From Ruditapes philippinarum (lineage: Eukaryota), in assembly GCF_026571515.1 (NCBI RefSeq), contig NW_026854598.1:1-64000 (forward strand): a stretch of DNA of 64,000 nucleotides, written 5' to 3'. The notes beneath the pieces are model-generated. The model saw nothing but the letters and a program-made list of their open reading frames with translations, did no database searches and was not told the DNA's origin. A program made the translations under genes and the position numbers. Shown piece after piece: positions 26,528 to 38,994 of the stretch; position 1 is the first letter of the stretch; every line of letters starts with the position of its first letter.

Positions 26528-27631
26528 ATGGACAACGACTCAACATTTAACGGCAATTTCTCCAGCAATGAACAGAACTTTGAAGAAACGCGACAATTTA
26601 TTGCTTCACTTGAAAAATATGCAGTACCAATAATATGTTCATTTGGATTAATTGCAAATACGTTGTCTTTTACTGTGTTTGCTCAAAAATTCTTAAGAAG
26701 AAAATCATGCAGTATATTCTTAGCGGCTAGAAGTCTAAGCGACAATGGATTTCTTATCACTCTTTTAATAATGTGGACGTCTTCAGTGTTTGACTTAAAT
26801 TTAAGTAGAATAGCTGGTATATGTCAGGTTATTGTTTTCCTCACTTACGTGTTTGGCTGTCTATCGGTATGGCTAGTTGTATTTGTAACAATAGAAAATT
26901 ACATACGGATATGTAAACCTTTTATGGTCAATAGTTTGTGTCAAACAACGAAAGCAAAATATGCTGTGATAACGCTTGTGGTGTGTACATTATGTTGTTA
27001 CAACTTTCCATTATGGACAATGACAGGAGAGTGTACACCAAAAGTTGAACACTATAAATTTCTTAGGATAATGGTTTATGTTGACAGTGTTATAACCCTT
27101 ATTGCTCCTATAATTATTATGGCATTTCTCTTGTCTCGGATTGCTTTGTCTTCACTATCATCATGTGAGAGACGTAGACGTTTTAGTTCAACATCTGCAC
27201 AGAGAATCAGTGACCTTAAGACAAAAGTTACAACAATGCTTCTGGCAGTCACGCTTATTTTCATTACATTAAACCTTCCCTTACATGTTGTGAAATTACG
27301 GCTTCTCGTGATATCATTCATTAAGGATCAAATTAATGTATCCACGCCAGTTGATTTAACCGTACAATCTATATCTCAACTGATTTATTATTTATCTTTA
27401 GCAATTAATTTTGTTGTGTACTATATTTTTGGAATGTCGTACAGAAGAACATTTATTGGTCTTTTCTCTGGAAGAAAAAAGAATGTATATTCTCAGACGG
27501 ATTACAGTACTTTGGCGACTTCAAGAACTCGGAAAATTGGTCAGTCTGTTCAACCAGCGTCGGAAAATGGACAATCAAACTATAGTGTAGTAAATGTACA
27601 AGTAAAAGAAGCTGAAACACGGATAGAATAA
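26528..27631 (+). CDS. Class A (rhodopsin-like) orphan GPCR, FMRFamide/peptide-receptor-like, 367 aa, single coding exon (paralogue A)
   Basis: Intact ORF with seven hydrophobic segments. TM1 FGLIAN; TM2 ..SLSD (D2.50 = D72); C99 (3.25) with C169 in ECL2; TM3 end TIENYIRIC; TM5 Pro; TM6 FITLNLP; TM7 AINFVVY. N-terminal sequons NDS and NFS, Ser/Thr-rich C-tail. Confidence 0.93.
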   Translation: MDNDSTFNGNFSSNEQNFEETRQFIASLEKYAVPIICSFGLIANTLSFTVFAQKFLRRKSCSIFLAARSLSDNGFLITLLIMWTSSVFDLNLSRIAGICQVIVFLTYVFGCLSVWLVVFVTIENYIRICKPFMVNSLCQTTKAKYAVITLVVCTLCCYNFPLWTMTGECTPKVEHYKFLRIMVYVDSVITLIAPIIIMAFLLSRIALSSLSSCERRRRFSSTSAQRISDLKTKVTTMLLAVTLIFITLNLPLHVVKLRLLVISFIKDQINVSTPVDLTVQSISQLIYYLSLAINFVVYYIFGMSYRRTFIGLFSGRKKNVYSQTDYSTLATSRTRKIGQSVQPASENGQSNYSVVNVQVKEAETRIE

Positions 27632-29009
27632 AGATTTAATTCTTATAGAGAGATAATCTTTTTTACGTGCTACTTCACTGATCACTAGTGGCTTTTTAGG
27701 AATTTATAAAATTAAATAATTCCCCAAATTAATATAGAGTTACGAAAAAACACTTAAAATGATATAAACAAAGTCATAGGTTGTCATTAATCTCTTTAAC
27801 AAGTACGCGTAAAACATAAAACAGTTCATAAAATCATAAAATGTACAATGTTCGTTTGTTATTTTAAGTTTCATGCATGAACCATAATGTAAGATTAAAA
27901 TATTACCTTAACTTATGTAGCTTACAAATATATTTACGAAAGACTAGTAATAATTCCCATTAATTTTTTTAATTAAAATAAATACTACCAGAATATATAT
28001 ATATATAGTTAAACATCAAGATACTTCACTATGTTCAGTAGATTTAACACTTAATGTGCATAAAATAATAAGCTTAATCGCACTGTATGTTTGTAACGTC
28101 GCTTTTCATTGGCTAATAGAGATATTTTACATACTCTATATTCGCGACTGCATTTAATTTATATTTTATAAAGTTATGATCGTTCCTTCAGGGCAGTTTA
28201 ACCTTACAAACATATTTAGCTAATATTTAAGTGTAACTAGATGTTGCCGATAGAAAGGAATGAAAACCAATTGCAAAATAATGTAAAAGAAATCAAATGA
28301 AAAATATTATAACAGATCAATAAAGTCAGTGCACATATAGACGCCAATTTTTCATTATAGTGTGGTTTATCTATGCTTTTAACCATTAGACATTCAACAG
28401 CTTATCTTAAAATGCTATAATTTAAATATATTACAACAGAGTTTAATTGATTCGTTTTTGCAGTCTATACAAATATTATACCCGTGATCGGTCATCATGC
28501 ATTTAAAATACATATAATGAAATCTTTCTAAAATATAACACGTATAATTTGATGACAATTTAATTAAAAATTATGAGCAATAATTCTAAATATTTATATT
28601 TCATATCATGTTCTATTTCAAATAGACGAAACCACAAACACCGTCTTTAATTGCTTATCGATAAGTGTGTTTTAAGGTTATAATGCTGCATTTACATCGT
28701 GATTCTTACATTTTGAAACGAATTTTTAACTTTATCTAATAACTCTATAATTGATTTATTCCTGGAAGAAAACATATCTTAGATTGTCATCTGTTATCAG
28801 AATATACACTCTTTTATTTAATTAATCGATCAATTAATTTGGTCATCGCAAAATGTAGATTATTTTTCAGTGTATCTGAAAACATAACGATATGATTATG
28901 ATGTAAACTGATGAAGTAAATCATAACGTGAAATGTGTAATATTTATCACTTTCCCATGTTGAGTTTGCGACTCCTTAAAAATGGTATTGCATGGCCGTG
29001 CATAAAATT

Positions 29010-29280
29010 TGGAGTGACGTCACTTATGATATGAAACATACTGTAAAGACGCGATAAATGTTACTTTTATATAGGCGTTTCAATGCAAAATGTTTTTATT
29101 TTGCATTCTAAACAGCCTTTACTTTTGGGAATATGTTAAATGGAATATTTTTGTGTAGGTTAAATATTCAAATCGTTTAATAAATTAATATTTTCCTCGT
29201 CAGTCTCGCATTGTATAATTTTATCTTGTTAAATAAATTTAGTATTGAACCTACACTCATTCAATATTCCCTAAATATAC
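29010..29280. mobile_element. Palindromic Crypton-like element, orthologous to 62790-63060
   Basis: gtgacgtca start and imperfect hairpin tgtaggt..aatatt../..agtattgaacctaca. Present in both duplicate copies. Confidence 0.5.
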
Positions 29281-29429
29281 ATATACATGTATGGTTTTCT
29301 ACACAGCAAACGGACAAAAATGCATTAAATGAACGGTTCCTGTCGCACAAATTATTCATTACTTTTTCGTCATTATCAAAACCTGTTGGATTTTATAGAC
29401 TTAATTTTATTTCGATTGTGTAAGGTCTC

Positions 29430-29585
29430 TAAGCTACTAGTCACACCTTTGAATCGTTCCTACAACCAACCAGTACCGAGCAATAAGTGTGAATATTCTT
29501 GCTTAAGGAAACATGACGGGCGTTTGAACCAATGCGATTATTAGATACTAATCAAACGTGCTAATCACTCGGCCATGTCGCCACT
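29430..29585 (-). mobile_element. Old tRNA-derived CORE-type SINE (copy A)
   Basis: Minus strand: tggccgagtg A-box-like and ggttcaaac B-box-like motifs, then ccttaagcaagaa..ttattgctcggtactggttggtt core. Orthologous copy at 63205-63375. Confidence 0.65.
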
Positions 29586-30119
29586 TTCGGTCATAAACTG
29601 TTAATGAATATACTTGCCTAAAACTCCTTAATTAATTAGATGATGTGCAAGATATCTTTTCAAACAATCTACACAATACAGTCGAATGATTAGAATTAAA
29701 ATGTTGTTTTCAAGTTATTTATGTTTGTTTTGCAATATCAAAGTAATTCTATATTTCACATTAAAATAAAAAAGAAGTTGACAGAATCGTTAACCTGATA
29801 AAATCTTATCGATGTGCTCAATTTAATATAGTTCATATCACGCAATCAGGTAAAATTGTTGGAATACTTTACAGACATAATATTTAATCAAGCGGGCAAT
29901 AAAAACTGGCATGTTTTAGATATAAAGATGAATAGATGAATAAGAAGTGCATCGTAACACTTATATCGCGCGCTATGCACTGAATGCTATATGCCCAGGA
30001 ACACATCATTTTTAATTTATCATAATGAATAGGGGCATATACATGTTTAAGTTTAAAATATAGGTCATGTTGTCAACTAATATTGAATTTTAAATCATCT
30101 TCTCAAATAGTATACAAAT

Positions 30120-30262
30120 CAAAAGTCAATGATTGCTAGAAGAATTGAAATTGCTATCAAAGTATTTCGTTGCTATGGAAAGTCAGTGGTTCCTATAGAT
30201 TTAATTTGTTGCTTAAAGAAAACAATAATTGCTATGAAAAGTCAATGGTAGTCATGGAAATA
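30120..30262 (+). repeat. Degenerate ~20-bp minisatellite (ttgctatggaaagtcaatg-like)
   Basis: About 7 units with ttgcta/ttccta cores spaced roughly 20 bp apart. Confidence 0.6.
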
Positions 30263-31217
30263 AAAAACACGGAACGCTAAAAGAAAAAATAACTTAACAA
30301 TAGTATATAGTATATGCTGTGATGCTTGAGGAAACTATAAACAATAAAATCAGCGCAATAATCTAATTAAAACAAAATTAAATTTGCACATTTGCATTCT
30401 TTGGTTGGTTTTCTAAATTTTCAATAGGTGTAATAGGACCGATTATCAGTTAAGAATGTAATATGTAAATTTCAATCATTGGTGTAGACAAAAAAGTAAT
30501 GTCAAGTTTCATATATAAATGTTTACTTCTTTAGCCAGGTCACGATTCAAATCATTTTTGATAGTACAAATCAATCGTCTGCCTTAGAGAACAACATGAC
30601 ATCTATGCAATATGTACTGATTTACCTTTGCAAAAAATGAATAGGTTAAACTGGATAGATTCCGGAAGAATATTCTACCAAAAAAGTTATACATTTAGCG
30701 CTTTAAGTGAATAGAGAGCTAAGAATATTTTCAACCTTTTAATAACAATTTTTGTCTCAGACAATTCTACATTTAAATAATTGTTATTTGCTACTGATCA
30801 TAAAATACTCATATATGAGCCCTTTAAAAGCGAACTTGGTCATGCTGCTGAGCTAAAAAGTTATATATGTATAAATTATATAAAGTTTTAACAACTATTT
30901 TCAAACCAAGTCAAAATGTTTCAAATTGTTATTTCAAAAGAGAAATTGGGATTTCAAATTATTTGCGACCATACATCCTTTTCATATTTATCAGGAAAAC
31001 AACAGAAAATCATTGTGATTCCTAAGGTTGATAATTTAATTAAGACGTTTCAAATTAATTAAATTTTAAATGAGTATGTTTGTATTATGTATACTCAAAT
31101 AAGAAAGAAAAGGGTGCAGAATCAGTTAAATATCTATGTCTGCTTTATCGTTGAATAAATTCAAATATTTTATTTACAAATTCAAATACCTAGTTTACGA
31201 GATTATTGAGATTGAAG

Positions 31218-31538
31218 TCACTTTTGTTTCCGGAATTTTGTACTTCACAACAGCAGGTGTCAAGTGCCGTGTGGCAGCCGTAAAAAGTTGCCCTGTACTT
31301 CACTTCAGTGTTGTTATATTTTCTGGTCCTTCGGGATCATTGATGCCAGCACTATAAAGTGTTGAGAATTGAGTACCGCTCAAATTGAGTACCGCTCAAG
31401 CCGGTGCTAGGGGGCGTGAGGGATGTTGCACTTATTCATTATCCCTCATGTACAGAATCAATCAAACCGAGTCTGCAATACTTATGTTATTTTGTTGTGA
31501 TTAATGCTTCCGAGGGAATCACTTTGTTTCCGGAATTT
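31218..31538 (+). mobile_element. ~300-bp dispersed repeat module bounded by ~20-bp direct repeats
   Basis: tcacttt(t)gtttccggaattt at 31218-31238 and 31519-31538. Body gcagccgtaaaaagttg..ccggtgctagggggcgtg..caatcaaaccgag also occurs at 40370-40600, 47410-47527 (-), 10780-10920, 16060-16210 and 23960-24150. Confidence 0.6.
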
Positions 31539-32384
31539 ATCTAAAAGGTATTTGCTCTAACAAAGGATTGTTCTGGGGATGTAACACTGTAATTAAATCT
31601 AATTGTGAAAGCGATCCTTGCTTTTTCATATTCACGTTTTATGCCTTATCCAATAAAAAAGTTCAAGCATTTATACTTTTAATTTTATGAAATCAATTTT
31701 CTTTAAGAATAATGATGCATAATTCGTGAAATTCAAGAGGAAATATCATTTAATTATACACTCTGGCAAATCAATAAATGTTACATGGGATTAAAATAGA
31801 ATATTCAAGAAACAATTAAATGAATGATTGCTTTAAATTAACACAATTTTAAAACCACCTTTTAAAATAAGGAGAAGAAGAAGAAGATAACGAAATCTTA
31901 CAGTGAAGTGAGAAACAAGTGATATTTTCATTAGCAATGTGGGAGTTAAAATGTAGACAATTTCTCTTTTTGGCGTATAAAAAATGCCGTTATTACCCAA
32001 AACAAATTTTAAAAAAAGTTTCTTTATTATATTATGAATTTAGCAATTTGCGACTGATTTCATTAAAACGCGGGAAAAAGACACCAGTAACGAAAATGAC
32101 GTCAGACACTCAACGACTACGCGAACGTTACGAAACAAACAATTGTAGACATAATTGCGGAGTATCTTTTAAAACTTTTAGATTAAATAATAATAATTGT
32201 TATTTGAAACTAAACGCAACAATTATTTCTATTTGAATTAAAAAGTTTGCAAAGTCATGATAGTCAAAACACACGCCAAAATATTCGCCAGAGCTATACC
32301 ACCCACACTGCGGGTGATACTGCTTTTAACGCACACACACACACAATCAGACCAAATGCATACATAACCGAGCATTTATTACCA

Positions 32385-32730
32385 GAAGTAGTAAGTTTAT
32401 AATATGATTCTAGAGTATTAGTAACACAGCATTTTCAAAACTAATAAATTTCTGCCAAGTATATTCCATATTTTTGTTTTGTTTCTAATTAGACATTTCA
32501 TTCTTTATTAAAGTACAAATCTATTATCGTTCTTTCAGTACAATATCAAATTACAATAACGGTCCCCTCAAGTGATAAGATATATACATAATATTTAATT
32601 AGAAATGTAATAACAGTAAACAGGTGCATGTATCATTATGCAAATGAAACAGACGAGCAAATTATATTGCTAGCAATTAAGTACACGAGGAGATTAAAAT
32701 AAAATTTGACGTTAAAATTAATTAATTTAT
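32385..32730 (+). repeat. Old duplicated block, homologous to ~39580-39905
   Basis: Anchors tataatatgattctaga, ctttattaaagtacaaat and ggagattaaaataaa..ttgacg. Confidence 0.8.
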
Positions 32731-35590
32731 TAACGGGTATTCTTACTACTAAGTAGCTTTCCAGCGACAAGGTTCGAAAGCAGACGGAACTTTAGTTATT
32801 GCTGAGATATCTTTCGTTGAAAGATATGGGGTCTAAGATGACACAATTTCTTTATAAATGAACAAAATCATATATAGCAGATACGTATGAATGTAGAACC
32901 AATAGTAGCATTTCTAAGCTATTAAAACGGTAGAACCAAAGATCATCATGCACATATCTTTACATTGCAGATATAGCACCGTCTGGAACTGCGCAACACT
33001 TCTAATACAAATAGTTATATTTCCCAGAAGAAAACATAACTGTTTTATAAATAGTCAATTGTGAATAAAATAACAGAACACAGAATGGTTGGAATAAGGC
33101 CGTGACTTTATTGTGCTTTTTGGTGAAAACAAATATCATCGTCAAAAAATATGAAATGAATGAGAAAAATATGAAAGACAGCTCCCAGCTAAATGCATGG
33201 AAAGCTACATAGCAACGCAAAGTGCTGTAAACTATGATAATAAGCTCTGAAAATGCTAAACTCTGCTTGGACTTGCCGCAAAGAGGTCAACGATTAAGAA
33301 TATAAAGCGGCGTGGCATTTTACAAGAGTAAAACAATGACAAAGCTAAAGAGAAATCGGGGCAAATTGCTCCCATTAAATCTCTTATCAATGAGATATTC
33401 GCAATGATAATGAAAAGTCTTGAATATAATTTGACTTAGAGAAGTTACAGTAATACTATATAAAGTCACGACTGGATTTAACACACTAATGTATCAATTA
33501 CTAGTATACAAACGTATTTGCATTATGAAAGATATATTCTAGTTTTCAGATATGATCAATAAAGTTAGGTATGTGAAAACAGTAAAATAAAAACATTTCG
33601 ATTTTCTATACCATGAAACTTGCAAACTGTGGTCGACTCGCCCAGGAAAAACCAAATAAAACCCATTGGGAAAAATAGGAAACCTGTACTCGTTTGTCAA
33701 TGTCATACCACAAAAATGTCGGGTCGCATCCTTGCAAATTCATTTAAGCATTAGAATATATAAAAAGGCACCATTTTAATCATTTAGCTCAATTAATTAT
33801 TGTTAATACTAATAAATATTTAAAAAAATTATTTTTAAGTATCGAGTAATGTTCCAAATTACAACTGTTTATTTCTACAACAAAGTTTGTTGTAATCAGA
33901 CGTAGAGCATCCAATTATTACTTTGAGTGTCAACACATTTCAAACACTAAATACGTGGGATAATATGTTTTCTGTAGACTGTAATTACTGGACATCAAAT
34001 TCAAGCACACGTGTCGATGGAGCGGCATGGCATGGCTGAACGGGAAGTAATGAAAAACCGGCTGGATTCAAGCTGAAAAATATAAACACTCGGCAGCAGA
34101 ACATGTTTATGTAAAATTGAAATACAAATAACACATGGGAAGGGAGGGTGGGATTTTAATAAGCGATGTTTCCACGTCAAATTTTAAACTTTAAATGCGC
34201 AGCCTTTACAATGTACGCACGAAAAACTCGTGCTTGGTAAACTTACGAAAACCAGTTTTATCGGAATGTTTTACCGTTTCACACGGATGGGTTTTGAGGC
34301 AATTACACATATGCACCCGTCAAAAATTAAACGGGATTTATTTCTCAAAAGAAGATAAATCTACTTGTTTTTAATTGCAAATTGTGATGAGGAAAATGTT
34401 TTTAATTGCTTTAGATACATGGCTGTTTGGGTCTCTAAAGAGAGAGTCAGAGAGGGGTAGTCAGGTACAATATTGTAACGTCTAATTTCTTTTTCATGAA
34501 CACATGTCATATCAGGTGTTGTTAGAAACACTTTTTATCTACTGCTGCATATTAATATGAAGTTTTCACATTATGAAAAACATGTATCTTTTTTCGATGT
34601 TGAACTTTTGTCACAATAAAAAAAATGGTCTAATAAAATCCGAGATATAAGGTTGTTATAAGATAACTGATAAGATAAGATAGATAATCTACTTATAATG
34701 CCGTTGCTTTTGAAGCGTGCTCTTTCCTGTAGGGTCCAAGAACTCGCTCAATGAAACGGAGCGTTAAGCATTTTGTGTTTGAGAAACCTAAAATTGTTTA
34801 TAGCACACTGTGGCTCAAGGCTACTTATGTTATTCGTTAGAACCGGCATGATTTAAGAATCTTTTGACAATTAATAAATAGATTATAATAAATCATGTAC
34901 ATCATCCGACATAAGAATTACCATTGAATGTAAATAACCATGTGTCATTTTCAACAAAAGTTATCACTGTTTATTAATAAGTTGTCCCTTCTCATCAACT
35001 CTTTACATCTGCCTGTTTGCAATAGCTGCTTAAGAGATTTCTGAAAACTGTATTCCGTGAACGTTGGTATTTCCCGTTGAGCTTGATTTTTTTCTCCTTT
35101 TTAAGTCGAGTGACCAAATTAAGCATCCCATCAAAATGTTTTGGCAATTTATTCGCCTTTAAAATTAATAGTACCTAAACGAATATGAGGTCAACATACT
35201 CTAAGGTTCTGAATTATAGTAAATTTAATTTTACACAAATTTTGATGGAGGAATAACACATTTTTTTTAAACGAGCAAATAATACTGTATGTTATCCTCG
35301 ACTTTTACATTTTTGTAACGTTATTGCACTGTAAATAAAATAGCCTGCTTTGCTACTCCCTTATGTTTTCTGAGATCTTTTTAATTCCAGACAAATGCTA
35401 TTTCCTATTTAACATAAATTAAACATTTCTATTCGGTCAATCTACAGATTTGAAATTTCCTCGATTTGTAACAGAAAATAACCTATTTCAACATTTCCAG
35501 ACATTGTTCTAAAGACATTGAAATACAATGTACATTATTCCAAAACAAAAATTGGCTTACCTGTAGTTATTATTATCAGACAATATCTGA

Positions 35591-35668
35591 TACATTTATC
35601 GCCACTTAAATACCAGTCAGTATTATCATTACATTTATCGCCACTTAAATACCAGTCAGTATTATCAT
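35591..35668 (+). repeat. Exact 39-bp tandem duplication
   Basis: tacatttatcgccacttaaataccagtcagtattatcat x2. Confidence 0.95.
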
Positions 35669-36049
35669 ATTTTCTCGTCCTGATTATACTCTGTTTCAGC
35701 AAGAACAGACGCAAAAGCACTTCGAACTAGACTCTGATTATTTAAGCATTAACTGTGTAAGTTGTTGAGACCGAGAATCCATCAATCTAATATTTTAACT
35801 GGCAATTTTAGCTATGTGATCAAAAAACGGTGTAATTATTGTTGGTCAACTCTAAATACCACAGCGAAGACGACAGGTAGGAAAATGACTGCAATATTTT
35901 ATTTTATGTGCCGCTTTACAAACAGCATGCTATATCTATCTTTCTTATAACATACTGTATGCTATCCAATACCACTTCCGCTTTTGAAACCCCATAATAA
36001 TTATTTACATTTCCTTTGTGGGCTATGTGATAAATAGAATATTATATTT

Positions 36050-36180
36050 CTGTAGATTCATTTCTTAATTTATTGAACTCGTTGAATAAAATATAATTAT
36101 GCTCGCCTAATATAATAATATCCAGCTCGTTTAATAAATTCAGTATTGAATCTACACTGATTTTATATCTTCTATATATT
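36050..36180. mobile_element. Fragment of the same palindromic element family
   Basis: tgtagattca..tttattgaactcgttgaataaa..ctcgtttaataaattcagtattgaatctaca hairpin. Confidence 0.55.
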
Positions 36181-36879
36181 TTGCATTATATCATTAATAA
36201 GTAGTATTTCTACGAATCAGTAAGAAAGGCAATAATAGCACAATGTTGACATACGTCATCCATTCTTTTTCTTTTAAACCATCGTAATATTTTAAAAAAA
36301 AAAACATGTACTTTCATCATTTGTTGGCCATAAATCACAGACTATGTACAGACATAGATATAAAATAGATACACGGATGATGTCATTGTCCGGACTGTGC
36401 ATACAATGTATACAATACACTTTATAGAAAATCATAATTCCATTCACTCAAACTGTTTTGTTGCTGGGAAAAACATAATATATCTGTTAGAACTATACGT
36501 TAGAATGTTTAACGTAGTATTTAATGTATTGAGCCTATAAATGGTATATACTGCAGATTAACTGTTGTTGTTTTTTAAGAGTTATCTCAGAAGAATATAA
36601 CAATTTTCAGCGGAAACTAATTTAAATCAGAGGGGACAACGCATCGTTCTTTAAAGGGATTAAAAATGTTGTAGCGTTATGTATTCGTATTTTTGTTTGA
36701 GACATTACCACTTTTTATGTAATTTGGAATTATTATACTGTAACAAACAATCCTAATTTCCTACCGAAAATATATTGTCTGGTCAAATAAATAAGGAACT
36801 GTTTTACTCGGGAAAAATGAAAAGTTGTCTATACTTTAAAAATATCTGAATATCGAGATACAATAAAAACATACTTAAG

Positions 36880-38150
36880 ATACTTAGTGTTAAAATTAAT
36901 ATAATTCGCTATAGATCTTGTGGAAGTAAATACATTGTACTGTTGTTAGAAAGGAAAATTTAATTATGGCGCCATAAAGTTTCTATTTGGTGTTGAAAAA
37001 GAAAGGAACAAGATTTAATAGAAAATTCTCACTAAAGGCATAAATATACATATTTGTGACATTTTAAGCTATTTCCTGTTAGCTATTGAATTTAAACAAT
37101 AACAATTCTTCTTAAAGCATGAATAAGCATATAAAGAAACTGTTCCTTAGACTTAAAAGACAATTTAAATTCTCAAGGATTGAGAAGTATCTATGACCAT
37201 TAAGAATTAATAATTACTATTTAAATTTATAATTCTATCATATTTGATTTTGTTCTTTTAATTGCGCGCATTGCAATAACAAGTGGATAATGTTATACAA
37301 GTATCAAAAGGTGCATGATCATAACATGTTTGTCTGTATTTTTAAATTCTTATCAAAGACTTTTTTACGAAACTAAAATCTTTATTATTCATTCCTTTTG
37401 TATTACAAACAACTTCGTAATTTAAAGCATCGAGTGAAACTGCTCCTAAGACAAAATAAGAGCATGCGACATTCTCAAGGGTGCAAAAACATGTAGTTAA
37501 TTGGTTACTGCAATTGTTTCATACAGCACAAAAAGAAGAACAGATATTAACCTTATGACAATATTTCTTTACAGAAACGCATAAAAAAGACTTTCCGAAG
37601 CAATCGTTTACACGTAACTATATAACTATAAGAACTTCACTTAATATGTCATTTTTTTTATTTTTGCAGAGGCAGACCGTCGTTCTTTTCGTCTAGAATA
37701 GTCACAGTTTATGTCCTAATCTGATAAATATGAATTCTTATAATAATTATCAAAAAGTTATAATATCAAGTAAAATATATAAGTCCACCTAGCTTTTACT
37801 AACACCTATGATTATTTTAAGAAATAGTACTGCATATTATACAGCTTTAATGTTTTGATAAGCAGCTTATTCTTTCTGAGCATGAATCATCTGTCGTGTA
37901 GACGGTCAATATAAGTTATCATATTACTTTCTGGCGATTTAATTGCAATTTCTCTACAATGATTTTGATACTACGGTGGTTCGTATCTTCTGATATTAGC
38001 TGGTCTGTCACAGACTGTGATACCCGTCTTACTGGCATTGTTTGATAAAGTACATATTCGTTTAAAGGCAAAAAATCCAAGTTACGTTAAATTATGTAAA
38101 ACGGGTATTGTCAGTGATGAATTGTAGGTCGGTACAGAAGTATTAAATAC
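36880..38150 (+). repeat. Old duplicated block, homologous to ~40690-41830
   Basis: Anchors ctgttgtta..ggcgcc/ggtgcc, ggca(g/a)ac(c/t)gtcgttc, tgtcgtgtagacggtca and tagct(g/t)gtctgt. Confidence 0.8.
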
Positions 38151-38371
38151 TTAGATGCCAAAAGTAAACTTGTAAAGTACTATTTTGTTTCAACGCATGT
38201 CAGATTTAGCAAGCAACTATCAAAAAAATTGAAAGCAATACAACAATCCCTTACCGGTTAGCAGCCCAGCATCATTCTAATAGGTAATGGCCATTCCTTT
38301 GTCAATATAAGAAGACATAAGTGAACTTAAATCTTCTAAGTTCTTATCTTTATTGATCTGTGGTATATTAA

Positions 38372-38994
38372 CCCATTACTTCATGAGCAATTTGTGAAAA
38401 ATGGCTGTTTCCATTGAAAAGTCTCCCGTTACAAGTTCAAATTGCAATTATACTATACAAACTGCTTCAACACTAATCAATTTTGGCACAAATGTTGACT
38501 GGACCATTGCCCTTGCAACAACATGCTCAGGCTTAAATTTTCTGTTACCATGGCAACGAGGGGACATCTCAAAATTGCTAAAAATCACTATTTTGCTTTG
38601 ATTTTTTTCCATCATTATTGATTTCAAAGTGCTGCAACTTCTCAATGGATTGAGATAGAGTCAAATGCTTTTCAGCTTTGGTTACACGTTGCCTTATAAT
38701 CAATCTGGGGTTATTTATAGCCTCTCACAAGTCCAAAATTTTCTTGGCAATGAGGGGGACTCCGCTACCCTTCAAACCCCCGAAACAGAAGGGGGCACAT
38801 CCCCCTTCTGGCAACCCCCTGATGTATCTTTTGGTTGGGGGGGCCGCGCCGAAAAAGTGGTCACTTTTTAAAACAACATTTCTCACACAAAAACAAGTGT
38901 TAAGGGCCTTAATAATGCATTTTTTCACCATTTGAGACAACAAAAAGGGGGGGGGTGAAAAAGGCGTTAAAAGGCGTGTATATGAAGTAATGGG
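38372..38994. mobile_element. Non-autonomous piggyBac MITE (623 bp)
   Basis: TTAA TSD (38368-38371, 38995-38998) and perfect 13-bp TIRs CCCATTACTTCAT / ATGAAGTAATGGG. GC-richer interior with no transposase. Confidence 0.92.

Larger units (their letters stand above)
22060..30110 (+). repeat. Segmental duplication, copy A (upstream module, GPCR and downstream flank)
   Basis: Collinear anchors with ~54200-64000, e.g. ggtgaacaaagatatgccgaaatttaaa (~24620/~57430), gaccattgcacgtc (~24800/~58900), ggtattgcatggccgtgcata (~28985/~62760), gatgaataagaag (~29935/~63820). Confidence 0.9.

Noticed and set aside
27076-27321. Antisense 81-aa ORF within the GPCR
   Set aside because: It is a shadow ORF of the coding strand.
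38401-38943. Cluster of overlapping short ORFs
   Set aside because: They lie within the GC-richer piggyBac MITE and show no transposase or other recognisable motifs.
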